Positions 52,660 through 64,000 of a stretch of DNA of 64,000 nucleotides are shown in pieces. The position numbers were made by a program, and so were the translations under genes. The stretch spans positions 115,508,001 through 115,572,000 of the forward strand of contig CM059432.1 in assembly GCA_030390025.1 (NCBI GenBank), in the 5' to 3' direction. The stretch's first letter is position 1. Every line of letters starts with the position of its first letter. The stretch comes from Squalus acanthias (taxonomy: Eukaryota). The notes below the pieces were generated by a model. It had not been told where the DNA came from and did no database searches. It saw only the letters and a list, made by a program, of their open reading frames with translations.

Positions 52660-54240
52660 AAAAAGCTTTAGTGCCTGAATTTGTGGTGGGTAATAATGGC
52701 AAACTAACGCGTTTGCTTTTGTATTCCAGCTCTCGAGATAAAGGTCAACATTCCATTAGCCTTTTTGATTACTTTTTGTGCCTATGCACTAGCTTTTAGT
52801 GATTTGTGTACATGGACACCTAATTCCCTTTGCTCCTCCACAGCTCAAACTTTCTCACCATTAAGAAAATATTCCAATTTGTTTTTCCTCAGTTCCAAAG
52901 TGGCTGACCTCACACTTCCCCAAATTGAACTCCATCTGCTATAGTTTTTCCCACTCACTTAGTCCCTTAGCTGATGTCCCTTCGTCATTTCCTGCTCCCA
53001 TCTACACAATGTATTGTGCCTCCTAAATTAGCGCCAGCTGCAAATTTGGTTATACAACTCTCTATTGCTTCCTGCAAGTCACTAATTATAGGGTGAAAAG
53101 CGGAGACCCCATTACAGTTCCCTGGGGAACATAATTTGTCACAACCCAGAAATCAGAGAGGATTTCCAATATCTCTACGCTCTATCTCCTACCTCACAAC
53201 CAATTACCAACCTACGTCACAATGTCACCTCCAATTCTGTGCACTTTCATTTTTGCCAATAATGAAATTGTCAATAATCAAATGCCTCCTGGAAGTCCGT
53301 ATTGAAAACATCAATAGGTAACTCGGTTATGCACCACATTAGTGACCTCAAAAAATAATTCAAATAAGATTAGTCAGACATGATCTACCCTTCACAAATC
53401 CATACTGACTCTCGTTGATCAGCTCATGCTTGTCCAAGTGCTCAGTCACTGTGATGATAAATTCCAGTAATTTCTCCACAACTCATGTTAAACTGACAGG
53501 TCTGTGGTTACCTGGTTTCTCCCTCCCTTCTTAAATAATGGAGTGACATTTGCAATTTTCCAATGCAAAGGCATAATTCCTGAATCTGGAGTGCTTTCGA
53601 AAATCATGACTAACACATCTGCAATTTTCTCACTTACCGCCTTTAATACTCTGAGGTGGAACCATTAGATTCCGTAGCATTGTCTATCTTAAGTCCCATT
53701 ATGATCTCCATATTGTTCCAGAAAACTGTCCTGCATATATTACAGAAATTCATCGCCTTTATTACTTAAGCTGTTCTGCTTCTCCCAGTTTGTGAAAATT
53801 AAAATCTCCTATTGCAACTACATTGTTTTTGTGACACGCTTCCCTGATCTCTGTATTTACACATCCTCCCACTACATCACTACTTTCAGGAGGTCTGTAG
53901 AGAACTCCTACCAGAGTATTGCATCCTTGGCTGTTCCTTAACTCTACCCATAATATGTTTCTACTGCCTGATCCCCCTTACTGAAATTGCTTCTTTCTAC
54001 TTCTGTAATTGTGCCTTTTGTCAATATTGCTACTCCTCTTCCTTTCCCAATTTCCCTATCTGTTCTAAAGATCCTACAAGTCTGGAATATTTAGCTGCCA
54101 ATCATGTCCAGCTTGTCGCCAGGTCTCTGTAATGGCTACTACATCATACCCTTTAAGCTGAATTTGCACCTCTAACTCACTTGTTTTATTTAGTATGTTA
54201 TATGCATTTATGTACAGAGCTTTTACTTGAATAACTGTCC
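52660..54240 (-). mobile_element. Older CR1 with endonuclease remnant and internal deletions
   Basis: LYINAYNILNKTSELE...YDVVAITETW (APE motif); degraded RT downstream. Confidence 0.75.
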
Positions 54241-54532
54241 CTACCCTGCCCAAGTGCCCTGACTTTTTTCTCTCACTTTTTGACCTAATGTGTGGATTTC
54301 CCCCTCCATCTTCCCAATTAGTTTGAATCATTCCCTAGTGCCCTATTTACTTCAGATGTATTTGCACCATGTGGCGGAAAAAGCAGATTTCTTATTGCCA
54401 CCGACAGGCTTTGGGAGGACATTACATACCCAACACTTTGTCTAGAAAGTGTAATTTGATCCTGTCTGCTGTAGAGTAATTCAAGTTCTCTGCAATGTGT
54501 AATTTGATCCAGTCATTATCAGGTAGGCTACA

Positions 54533-54797
54533 GAGTTCCGACAAAGCACAGGCTAACACTACTGATTTCAGAGAACAAACAGCACCGACACTACCAAGTT
54601 TAGAGAACACAATTGTGCTACCACTACTGAGTTCAGAGAACGCACAGCCCTAACACTAGCGAGTTCAGAGAACGCACAGCGATAGCACTCCTGAGTTCAG
54701 AGAACACACAGCGCTGACACTACCGGGTTCGGAGAATGCACAATGCTCACATTACCGAGTTCAGAGAACGCACAGCGCTGACAATCTGGAGTTCAGA
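54533..54797. repeat. Minisatellite, ~8 units of ~32 bp
   Basis: Consensus GAGTTCAGAGAACGCACAGCGCTGACACTACC, head-to-tail and diverged. Confidence 0.9.
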
Positions 54798-54799
54798 TA

Positions 54800-55050
54800 G
54801 GAAAGGGGGAGGCAATGGAGGGATTTCAACATGAGGATGAGAATTTTAAAATCAAGGTGTTGGTGGACCAGGAGCCAATGTAGGTCAGAGAGCACAGGAG
54901 TGATGGGTGAAAGGGACTTGCTGCGAGTTAGGATACATGCAGAAGAGTTTTGGATGAGCTCAAGTTAATTCAGGGTGGAAGATTGGAGGTCGGTCAGGAG
55001 AGCATTGGAATAGTTGAATCTGGAGGAAACAAAGGCATAGATGAGGCCTG
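54800..55050 (-). mobile_element. L2 fragment
   Basis: AFVSSRFNYSNALL; reverse of gagctcatccaaaactct...ccatcactcctgtgctc. Confidence 0.75.
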
Positions 55051-55229
55051 TTGCAATGTGCGGTCTGGAAGGACATCTAGGGAGCAGCAGCAGGTGTACC
55101 TTTGAATGGCCAATGATCCTAGTGAAGCTACCATGAAGGCCTGCCTGTACACTAAACACCAAAATGGCAAATAACACATAAATGTAGTGTCATGCATGTT
55201 GGCAGGACCGAACAGAATAAGCTATTATT

Positions 55230-57345
55230 TTTATTTATTCATTCTCAGGATGTGGGCATCACCGGCAAGGCCAGCATTTATTGCCCACCCCTAGTTGCTC
55301 TTGAGAAGGTGGTGTTGAGCCGCCTTCTTCAACTGCTCCATTCTGTGAGGTGAAGGCACTCCACAGTGCTGTTAGATGGGGAGTTCCAGGATTTTGACCC
55401 AGCGACGATGATGGTGTGTGACTTGAAGGGGAACTTGGAGGTGGTGGTGTTCCAATGCGCCTGTTGCCTTTGTCCTTCTAGGTGGTAGAGGTCATTGGTT
55501 GGGAAGTGCCATCGAAAAAGCCTTGGCGAGTTGCTGCAGTGCATCTTGTATGGTACATACTGCAGCTATGGTGCGTCGGTGGTGGAGGGAGTGAATGTTT
55601 AAGATGGTGGATGGGATGCCAATCAAGTGGGCTGCTTTGTCCTGGATGGTATCGAGCTTCTTGAGTGTTGTTGGAGCTGCACTCATCCAGACAAGTGGAG
55701 AGTATTCCATCACATGCCTGACTTGTGCCTTGTAGATGGTGGAAAGGCTTTGGGGAGTCAGATGAGGAGTCACTTGCCACAGAATACCCAGCCGCTGACC
55801 TGCTCTTGTAGCCACAATATTTATGTGCCTGGTCCAGTTAATTTTCTGGTCAATCGTGACACTCAGGATGTTGACCGTGGGGTATTCGTCCATGGTAATG
55901 CCATTGAATGGCATGGGGAGGCTGTTAGATGCTCTCTTTTTGGAGATGTTCATTGCTTGGCACTTATGTGGCACGAATGTTACTTGCTACTATCATCCCA
56001 AGCCTGGGTGTTGTCCAAGTCTTGCTGCATGCGGGCACAGACTGCTTCATTATCTGAGGATTTGTGAATGGAACTGGACACTGTGCAATCATCAGTGAAT
56101 ATCTCCACTTCTGACCTTATGATGGAGGGAAAGTCATTGATGAAGCAGCTGAAGATGGCTGGGCCTAGGACAATGCTCTGAGGAACTACTGCAGTGATGT
56201 CCTGGGGCAGAGATGATTAGCCTCCAACAACCACAACCATCTTCCTTTGTGCTAGGTATGACTGCAGCCAGAGCTTACCCGCTGATCCCCATTGACTTCA
56301 GTTTTACTCGGGCTCCTTAATCCCACACTTGGTCAAAATGCTGCCTTGATGTCAAGGGCAGTCACTCTCACCTCATCTCTGGAATTCAGCTCTTTTGTTC
56401 ATGTTTGGACCAAGGCTGTAATGAGGTTTGGAGTCAAGTGGTTCTGGCGGATGCCCAGTTTTGAGCCGCTAGATCTGTCCTAAACCTATTCCCATTTAGC
56501 ACAGTGGTAGTGCCACATAACAGGATGGAGGGTGTTCTCAGTGTGAAGATGGGACTTCGTCTCCACAAGGATTGTGCGGTGGTCACTCCTACCAATACTG
56601 TCTTGAACAGATGCATCTGCGACAGGTAGATTGATGAGAATGAGGTCAAGGGGGTTTTTCCCCCTAATGTTGGTTCTCTCATAACCTGCTGCAAGCCCAT
56701 GGACTTCATGGGGTTCGAAGTCAATGTGGCCGATTGCCAGGGCCACTCCCTCCCGACAGTATACCACTATTCCGCCACCTTTGGTGGGTCTGTCCTGCCA
56801 GTGAAACAGGACACACACAGGCATGGTGATTGAAGAGTCTGGAACGTTGGCTGATGGGTACGATTCTGGGAGTATGAGTATGTCAGGCTGTTGCTTGACT
56901 AGTCTGTGGGACAGCTCTCAACATTGGCACAAGTCTCCAGATGTTAGTGAGGAGGATTTTGCAGGGTTGACTGGACAGGGTGAGCCTTTGTCATGTCTGA
57001 ATCCGATGCAGAGTGTGCCATCCAATTTTATTCTTATTGCACTTTGTTGTAGGGGTTTGATACAAGGCCATTTAGGCCATTTCAGAGAGCATTTAAGAGT
57101 CAACCACATTGCTGTGGGTCTGGAGTCATATAGGCCAGACTGGGTAAGGATGGCAGTTTTTCTTCCCTAAAAGGACATTAGTGAACCAGTTGGAATATTA
57201 CAACAATCCGATAGCTTCATGGTCACCATTACTGATACCAGATTTTTTTTTTTTTTTTTTAAAACTGAATTCAAACTCAAACTGTCAAGATGGGATTTCA
57301 CCTCATCTCCAGATTAGTAGTCCAGGCCTCTGGATAACCACTACA
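55230..57345 (-). mobile_element. Non-LTR retrotransposon (same family as 39120-41490), internally deleted
   Basis: DRPTKGGG, LDLILINLP...IGRSDHRTILV (APE); STIYKAQVRHVMEYSPLVW, KKLDTIQDKAAHLIG (RT C-terminal region). Confidence 0.82.
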
Positions 57346-57545
57346 TTACCGTACCTTGGGAATAATACTGAAAAGAGGTGGAGAGAGAGAGAGAGAGAGC
57401 GCTATTGTGCACAGATCACTGAAGGTGCATGACCAATGTAGAGAAGCTGTAGCTAAAGCTAACAGTATTGGGTTGTATTAGTGGAATCATTCAGTACAAA
57501 TCCGAGGACCTCCTTCTGTCATTATACAGGTTGCAGGTTAGAAAG

Positions 57546-58535
57546 CATAGAATCATAGAATGATACAGCACAGAAGGAAGCCATTCAGCCCATCATGCCT
57601 GTGCCAGCTCTTTGCAAGAGCTATGCACTTAGACCCTGTCACCTGCTCTTTCCCCATAGTCCAACAAATGTTTCCTTTTCAAGTAGTTATCCAATTCCCT
57701 TTTGAAAGTTATTATTGAATCTGCTTCTACTACCCTTTCAGGCAGTGCATTCCAGACCATAACAACTCGCTACGTAAAAAAATGTTTCCTCATGTCGACT
57801 CTGGTACTTTTGTCAATCACCTTAAATCTGTGTCCTCTGGTTTCCGACTCTTCTAACACTGGAAACAGTTTCTCCTTATTTATTCTACCAATACCCTTCA
57901 AGATTTTGAACGCCTCTATAAAATCCCTCCTTAACCTTCTCTGCTTGAAGGAGAACAAACCCAGTTTCTCTAATCTCTCCACATAACTGAAGTCTTTCAT
58001 CCCTGGTACCATTCCAGTAAATCTCTTCTGCACCCTTACCTTCCTAAAGTGTTGTGCCCAGAATTGGCCACAATATGCCAGCTGAGGCCTAACCAGTGAT
58101 TTATAAAAGGTTTAGCATAACTTCCTTGCTTTTGTACTCTATGCTTCTATTTATAAAGCCAAAGATCCCATATGCCTTTTTAACAGCTTTCTCAACTTGT
58201 CCTGCCACCCCCAGGTCCCTCTGTTTTTGCACCCCCTTTAAAATTGTACCATGTAGTTTATATTGCCTCTCCTCATTCTTCCTCCAAAATGAACCACGTC
58301 ACACTTCTCTGCGTTAAATTTCATCTGGCACAAGTCTGCCCATTTCACCAGTCTGTCTATATCCTCCTGAAGTCTGTTACTATTCTCCTCACTGTTTACC
58401 ACATTTCCAAGCTTCGTGCCATCGACGAACTTTGAAATTATGCCCTGTATACCCAAGTCCAGGTCATTAATATATATATCAAAAAAAGCAGTGATCCCAA
58501 CACCGACTCCCTGGGAGGTCACCACTGCACACTTC
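57546..58535 (-). mobile_element. CR1 3' portion
   Basis: IYINDLD...SKFVDGTKLG, QKRFTGMVPG, TRGHRFKVI. Confidence 0.87.
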
Positions 58536-59366
58536 CCTCTAGCTGCAGAGCTCAACGATGCCTTGATCCAAACATGGACTGAACTATGTTATTGGGGATC
58601 TTGGGAAAAATTTCAGTTCCTGGAGGCATACCAGGGGCTGCACATTCATATACATTACTGAATTTGCAAACTCTGTGGAGGTCAAGAAGGCCTGAGTACA
58701 TGGGGATCCCACGGGATTGCCACATTTAGCAGGTGCACCGGCCTGGAGACCACTGATGCTCAGTGCTTACGCACCCTGAAAAGAGACAAGGTTGAACATG
58801 TATGTAGAGCACAGAAACTGCATGACGTAGCTGTGCGGACTGGAAATCTGTCACACCAGGCCCCACTCCAGGCATCAATTTGTGCCAGTCATTCTCAATC
58901 TGGAGTCACGAGTGGCACACTATCAGCATGGTCTGTAAAAACTCTAACAGAACTCCCGTTTGCTGGGGGAGTGAGGCCTCCACATTGAGCAGCCTCCTAC
59001 CACACTACGACTCTGAAAACCCTCCACGCCAGGCCAACCTAGCAATTGACTTGTGGGCCCCTTCAAGTATGTGACCCTACAAACGGGCGATGCAAGATCA
59101 TGCGAGGTGCTGTAGCCGTTTCTCGAAGGCTGATTTTGACAAATCCACAGCATTGACTATTTTATATAATTTGAGCTGCAAGGTTGGTTTAGTGAAGCGC
59201 ATTACATGCAACGAGAACAGGCGAGGGGGGATGCCACTGCAAATGACCACCAGCAGAGCTGTAGTTTTTTAGCATGCACTGAGAATGACATCATCAGGTG
59301 GCTCGGCGCATGCTCGGTAACATCATCGGGTGGAGCTGCTCATGCGTAGAAGGAAGACATCATGGG

Positions 59367-59466
59367 TAATGTTCCCTTTAAGCTAGCGCTCTGCAGCTCC
59401 CGCACAGCCGGCAATTAAATAGGAAAAACCGCCTTAAAGGGGCCGTGCACCCAAAAAAAATTAAAG
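59367..59466. mobile_element. hAT-type MITE, degraded or short copy
   Basis: TAATGTTCCCtttaag...ggggccgtgcacccaaaaaaaattaaag. Confidence 0.65.
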
Positions 59467-59569
59467 ATCACAGGTTGACCGAAAATCGGAAGTACCCACA
59501 CTGTCGCTAATTACACCATCAAGCTAAACACTTTGCGTGAGAGCTGCGGTAACTGACATTGTGTGTGGG

Positions 59570-61010
59570 TCATAAGAACATAAGAAATAGGAGCAGTTCA
59601 GCTTATATGTTTCAATGAGATCACCTCATTCTTCTAAACTCCAGAGTATAGGCCCATTTTACTCAATCTCTCCTCATAGAACAACCCTCTCATCCAGGGA
59701 ATCAATCTAGTGAACCTTTGTTGCACTCCCTCTAAGGCAACTATATCCTTCTTTAGGTATGGAGACCAAAACTGTGCATAGTACTCCAGGTGTGGTCTCA
59801 CCAAATCCCTGTCCAATTGCAGCAAGACTTTCTTACTCTGTACTCCAACCCCTTTGCAATAAAGGCCAACATACCATTTGCCTTCCTAATTGCTTGCTGT
59901 AGCTGCATGTTAACTTTCTGTGTTTCGTGTACAAAGACACCGAAATCCTCTGACCACCACATTTAATAGTTTCTCACCATTAAAAAAGATTCTGCTTTTC
60001 TATTCTTCCTACCAAAGTGAATAACGTCACACTTCCCCCATTGTACTCCATCTGCCACCTTATTGCCCACTCGATTAACCTGTCTATATCCCTTTTCAGG
60101 CTCATGTCCTCCTCACAGCTCGCCTTCCCACCTAGCTTTGTATCGTCTGGAAACTTGGATAGATTACACTTGGTCCCTTCGTCCAAGTCATTAATATAGA
60201 TTATAAATAGCTGAGGCCCAAGCACCGATTCTTGTGGTACCCCACTAGTTACAGCCTGCCAACCTGAAAATCACCTGTTTATCCCTACTCGGTTTTCTGT
60301 CCTTTACCCAATCTGTATCCATGCTAATATATTACCCCCAACCCAATGAGCCCTTACCTTGTGCAACAACCTATTACAGGAAACTCTTTATTAACCGGCA
60401 CCCAAATATCCGTAAATCTCTCTTAACCGGCAAAATTCTTGAGTAGGTAACCGGGGTTTTCCTTCAGCTCTCCTTTAAAATTAACTTTAAAAAAAACCCC
60501 GAGGCGTTTGCCTTGTATCGGAGCATGTAGATTGGGAGGGGAATGTGCAGCCCGGGTAGGCAGCGGACACGACAGATGGTCAGCTGGCGGTCCCCGGGGA
60601 GACGGAGCTCCGAATGCAGGCGCATGTCAATGTGTACGGGGCTCTCGCACGTTGGGAGATATAACTCTCCATTATCCGTACTTTTTGATTAACCGGCACC
60701 ACGCCGGTCCCGTCGGTGCCGGTTAATAAAGAGTTTCCTGTATGTGGCACCTTATCGAATGCCTTTTGAAAATCCAAATATACTACATCCACTGGTTCCC
60801 CTTTATCTACCCTGCTAGTTACATCCTCAAAAAACTCGAATAGATTTGTCAAACACGATTTCCCTTTCATAAACCCATTTTGATTGCCTAATCATTTTCT
60901 AAGTGCCTTGTTAGCACTTTCTTAATAATGGATTGCAGCATTGTCAAGACGACTGATGTCAGGCTAACTGGCCTGTAGTTCCCCGTTTTTTCTCTCCCTC
61001 TTTTCCTGAA
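59570..61010 (-). mobile_element. CR1 LINE fragment interrupted by a Tc1/mariner-type MITE
   Basis: KSCLTNL...[15 protein letters not shown], then LGPQLF and RPHLEY. Confidence 0.9.
60377..60740. mobile_element. Tc1/mariner (pogo/Tigger-like) MITE, 364 bp
   Basis: Perfect 26-bp TIR CAGGAAACTCTTTATTAACCGGCACC; TA on both flanks. Confidence 0.92.
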
Positions 61011-61341
61011 TACATTTCCAGCATTTTTATGCCCTCTCTCTCACATAGGCCCACCGTGCTTTGCTTGCTATGTATTACTTCATTTTAATATTTAAAATAT
61101 CTATAACCCTGGCATGATCATTATTTTTGGCTTCCAATGCAGATTTACAGTAACTTCCAAAATGCTAGAAAATCAGCAAAGTGCGAAAAATCAATTTCCT
61201 GGTTCAGAGAAAGGCCCCCAGCCCCTAGAAAATAATATTGTGCCATTTCTGTCCTTCCTCAGTGTAACTGTTTTTGCAAGCGAGGCTACTGAGTTTTGGT
61301 TTTCACAGGAAAAATGGACCATAATATTGACAGGGAATGAG

Positions 61342-61493
61342 CAATGTTCCCGTTCATTTTTTTTGGGTGCGTGGCCCCTTTAAGGAGCTGCACAGCTCAT
61401 TCAAAATACCGCACATGGGCGGTTTTTCCCATTTAAAAGCTGGTGAGCCAGCTGCAGAGTGCTGCGCGGTCGTGCGGGTTAAAGGGAACGTTG
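61342..61493. mobile_element. hAT-type MITE, 152 bp
   Basis: TIR CAATGTTCCC / GGGAACGTTG; perfect 8-bp TSD GGAATGAG (61334-61341, 61494-61501). Confidence 0.9.
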
Positions 61494-62039
61494 GGAATGA
61501 GTACTTCCGTGCATGCGCACTCTGTCCTGGCCGCGCATGTACATAGAAGCAGGGGCGTCTGGGTAGCCTGAAGACTGTCCGACCCGGAGCGCGTTGCGGC
61601 CGCATGTGCACACTCTATGTTCCGCTGTGCATGCACCTAGCCAGAGCGTGTGGAGCCTGGTGCCTGAAACACATTTTCACTCTGCTTGCTGTCGTTTTCA
61701 GTCAGCTTGCTGCTTGCCTGGAGAAGATCAGGAGCTTGGAGGGAGAGGACAGACAGAACGGAGGAGGGGTGGAGGTCAGGAGATTGGGGGTGAGCATGGA
61801 GAGAATAGTTTGGGGGGGGGGGGGGGAGGGAAGAGGAAAACATGGTCCAGATGGGAAGACAGATCATGTTCTCACCCCTCTGTTAGACCTGGATCACATT
61901 CTTCCTCTTCGCCCCCTGTTAGAACTGAATCACATCCGCCCCTCTCCTCCCCACTAGACCAGGATCACGCTCTTGGCCATGTGATGTAAAAAGTGACTTC
62001 CCCCCCACACTTTCTACCCAATAAACCTGATAACAATCC

Positions 62040-63024
62040 AGATTCGGGCTCATGGGATTGGGGTAATATATTAGCTTGGATTGAGGATTGGTTAACAGAC
62101 AGAAAGCAGGGAGCAGGAATAAACGGGTCATTTTCGGGTTGGCAGATTGCAACTAGTGGGGTGCCGCAAGGATCAGTGTTGGGGCCTCAGCTATTTACAT
62201 ATTAATGACTTAGATGATGGGACCGAGTGTAATGTATCCAAGTTTGCTGACGATACAAAGCTAGGTGGGAAAGCAAGCTGTGAGGAGGACACAAAGAAGC
62301 TTCAAAAGGGATATAGACAGGTTAAGTGAGTGGGCAAGAAGGTGGCAGATGGAGTATAATGTGGGGTAATATGAAATTATCCACTTTGGTAGGAAGATAG
62401 AAAAGCAGAATTTTAAAAAAAAAATGTTGGTAAGCAGTGGGATTTGGGTGGCCTTGTACACAAATCACAGAAAGTTAACATGCAGGTACAGCAAGCACTT
62501 AGGAAAGCCAATGGTATGTCAGCCTTTATTGCATGAGGGTTGGAGTATAAAAGTAAGGACGGTTCACTAGATTGATTCCTGGGATGAGAGGGTTGTCTTA
62601 TGAGGAGAGATTGATTAGACTGGGCCTATATTCTCTAACGTTTAGAAGAATGAGAGGTGATCTCATTAAAACATAAAATTCAGGGGGTTGGAGAGGCTGT
62701 TTCCCTTGGCTGGAGAGTCTATAACGAGGGGACAGTGTCTCAGGATAAGGGGTCGGCCATTTAGGACTGAGATAAGGAGAAATTTCTTCACTCAGAAGGG
62801 TTGTGAATCTTTGGAATTCTCTACCCAGAGGGCTGTGGATGCAGAGTCGTTGAGTATATTCAAGGCTGAGATCGAAAGATTTTTGGACTCTAGGGGAATC
62901 AAGGGATATGGGGATAGGGCAGGAAGGTGGAGTGGAGGTCGAAGATCAGCCATGATCTTACTGAATGGCGGAGCAGGCTCGAGGGGCCGTATGGCCGATT
63001 CCTGCTCCTAATTCTTATGTTCTT
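62040..63024 (+). mobile_element. CR1 3' portion
   Basis: [27 protein letters not shown] plus tail ttcttatgttctta. Confidence 0.9.
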
Positions 63025-63901
63025 AGAGAGAAACGGCATAGAGAGAAAGAAAGGGTATAGAGAAAGACACAGACATGTGGGGAGAGTGAAGAGAAAGTGT
63101 GTGAGAGAGAGGGAGGTAGATATTCTGAGAATAAACACATGCGACCTGAATACAACAGTAGAAACAAAAAAGGGAGAATAAGGGAGAGAGAAACAGGGAG
63201 AGAAGCAGCACAGACAGGTGAGAGAACATATCACCCACCTTAACATAAGCAATGCCACAGCAGTCCACCAGTAAAGTCTATTTCCATAATTTTACAAGTG
63301 AGTAACATTTTTAATGCAAATATTTTGATATATACAACTAGCGAGGGTGCATACCTGCAAGCCATTATACAGTAAACCAATACTGTACTTCAGTTGGCTC
63401 TTCTCTATGCCACAATTAAAGCTGTTAAAAGTGGATTAATTTTTAAAAAGATAGATCTGCACAATATGCCAAATACTCCATGTTGTATTTATTTCGGTGT
63501 GTGTGTTTTGCAGTCTCAAATTTGGCTGTCTTGGTTCTGACTTGCAACTAACATTTGTTGATTCCAAACAATTGCCAAGAAACAGCACTAGACTGTAATT
63601 TGATAGGTACACCATCTAAAATTACAGGCATGCATTTTAAAACGTTACAAAGATAGCCAGTCTTCTATGCATATATTTATATTAAAAAAGCACAAAGAAG
63701 CTTCAATTTCTCCATGACCTTTTTTAAAAATTCCCACAGCTCATGAGCAAGTCAACAGTGAATCCTAGCCAGCCTCGTGAAAATAATACATCAAGTAGTA
63801 AAAATGCGAAGAATGCCATGAAGCTACCCATTTACCTTAATTGAATGAGATTTAATAGTGAATTAAGAAATCAGCTATTAAATTCTGCTATGATCAAACT
63901 A

Positions 63902-64000
63902 CAGGAAACTCTATTAACCGGCACCGACGGGACCGGCGTGGTGCCGGTTAATCCAAAAGTCCGGATAACGGAGAGTTATATCTCCCAACGTACGAGAGCC
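63902..64000. mobile_element. Second copy of the pogo-like MITE, opposite orientation, running off the window
   Basis: TA + CAGGAAACTCTATTAACCGGCACCGACGGGACCGGCG..., the reverse complement of ~60640-60740. Confidence 0.88.

Noticed and set aside
54361..54390. DCAF13 exon 5 (weak AFSATWC resemblance to AVFATCG)
   Set aside because: The flanking residues and splice sites do not fit, so this is a chance match. Exon 5 is probably beyond 64000.
54533..54797. CRISPR-like array
   Set aside because: The 'spacers' are homologous to each other, the period is only ~32 bp, there are no cas genes, and the context is a vertebrate intron.
59570..63024. Single twin-primed or inverted CR1 insertion
   Set aside because: The two halves cover overlapping consensus regions, each has its own 3' tail, and ~1 kb of unrelated sequence separates them. 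Two independent insertions is simpler.

Overview
Eukaryotic genomic DNA, most likely from a cartilaginous fish (shark). This is inferred from the repeat spectrum (HE1/V-SINE-like, Deu-domain SINEs, dense CR1, L2, Penelope). The window lies inside one minus-strand gene, DCAF13 (Sof1/WDSOF1). Five coding exons with canonical AG/GT boundaries splice in frame: 50281-50358, 50099-50181, 44060-44224, 32345-32480 and 3654-3817. By recalled human gene structure these are exons 6-10; I found neither the upstream exons nor the last exon in the window. The introns are extremely uneven (99 nt to 28.5 kb) and packed with nested transposons. Nearly all other ORF-track entries are LINE fragments or spurious. 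Highlights: (i) short Penelope terminal-repeat (pLTR) elements carrying a minimal hammerhead ribozyme core, including a ~620 bp fold-back copy with a 15-bp flanking duplication just inside the exon-10 donor; (ii) a ~140-150 bp hAT-type MITE family (6 copies, 8-bp TSDs on two); (iii) a Tc1/mariner-pogo-type MITE with perfect 26-bp TIRs; (iv) Harbinger-like MITEs, one carrying a candidate poison exon; (v) a four-family nested TE stack. Repeat boundaries were read by eye and are approximate unless a TIR or TSD is given. Family names come from recalled motifs, not a database search.
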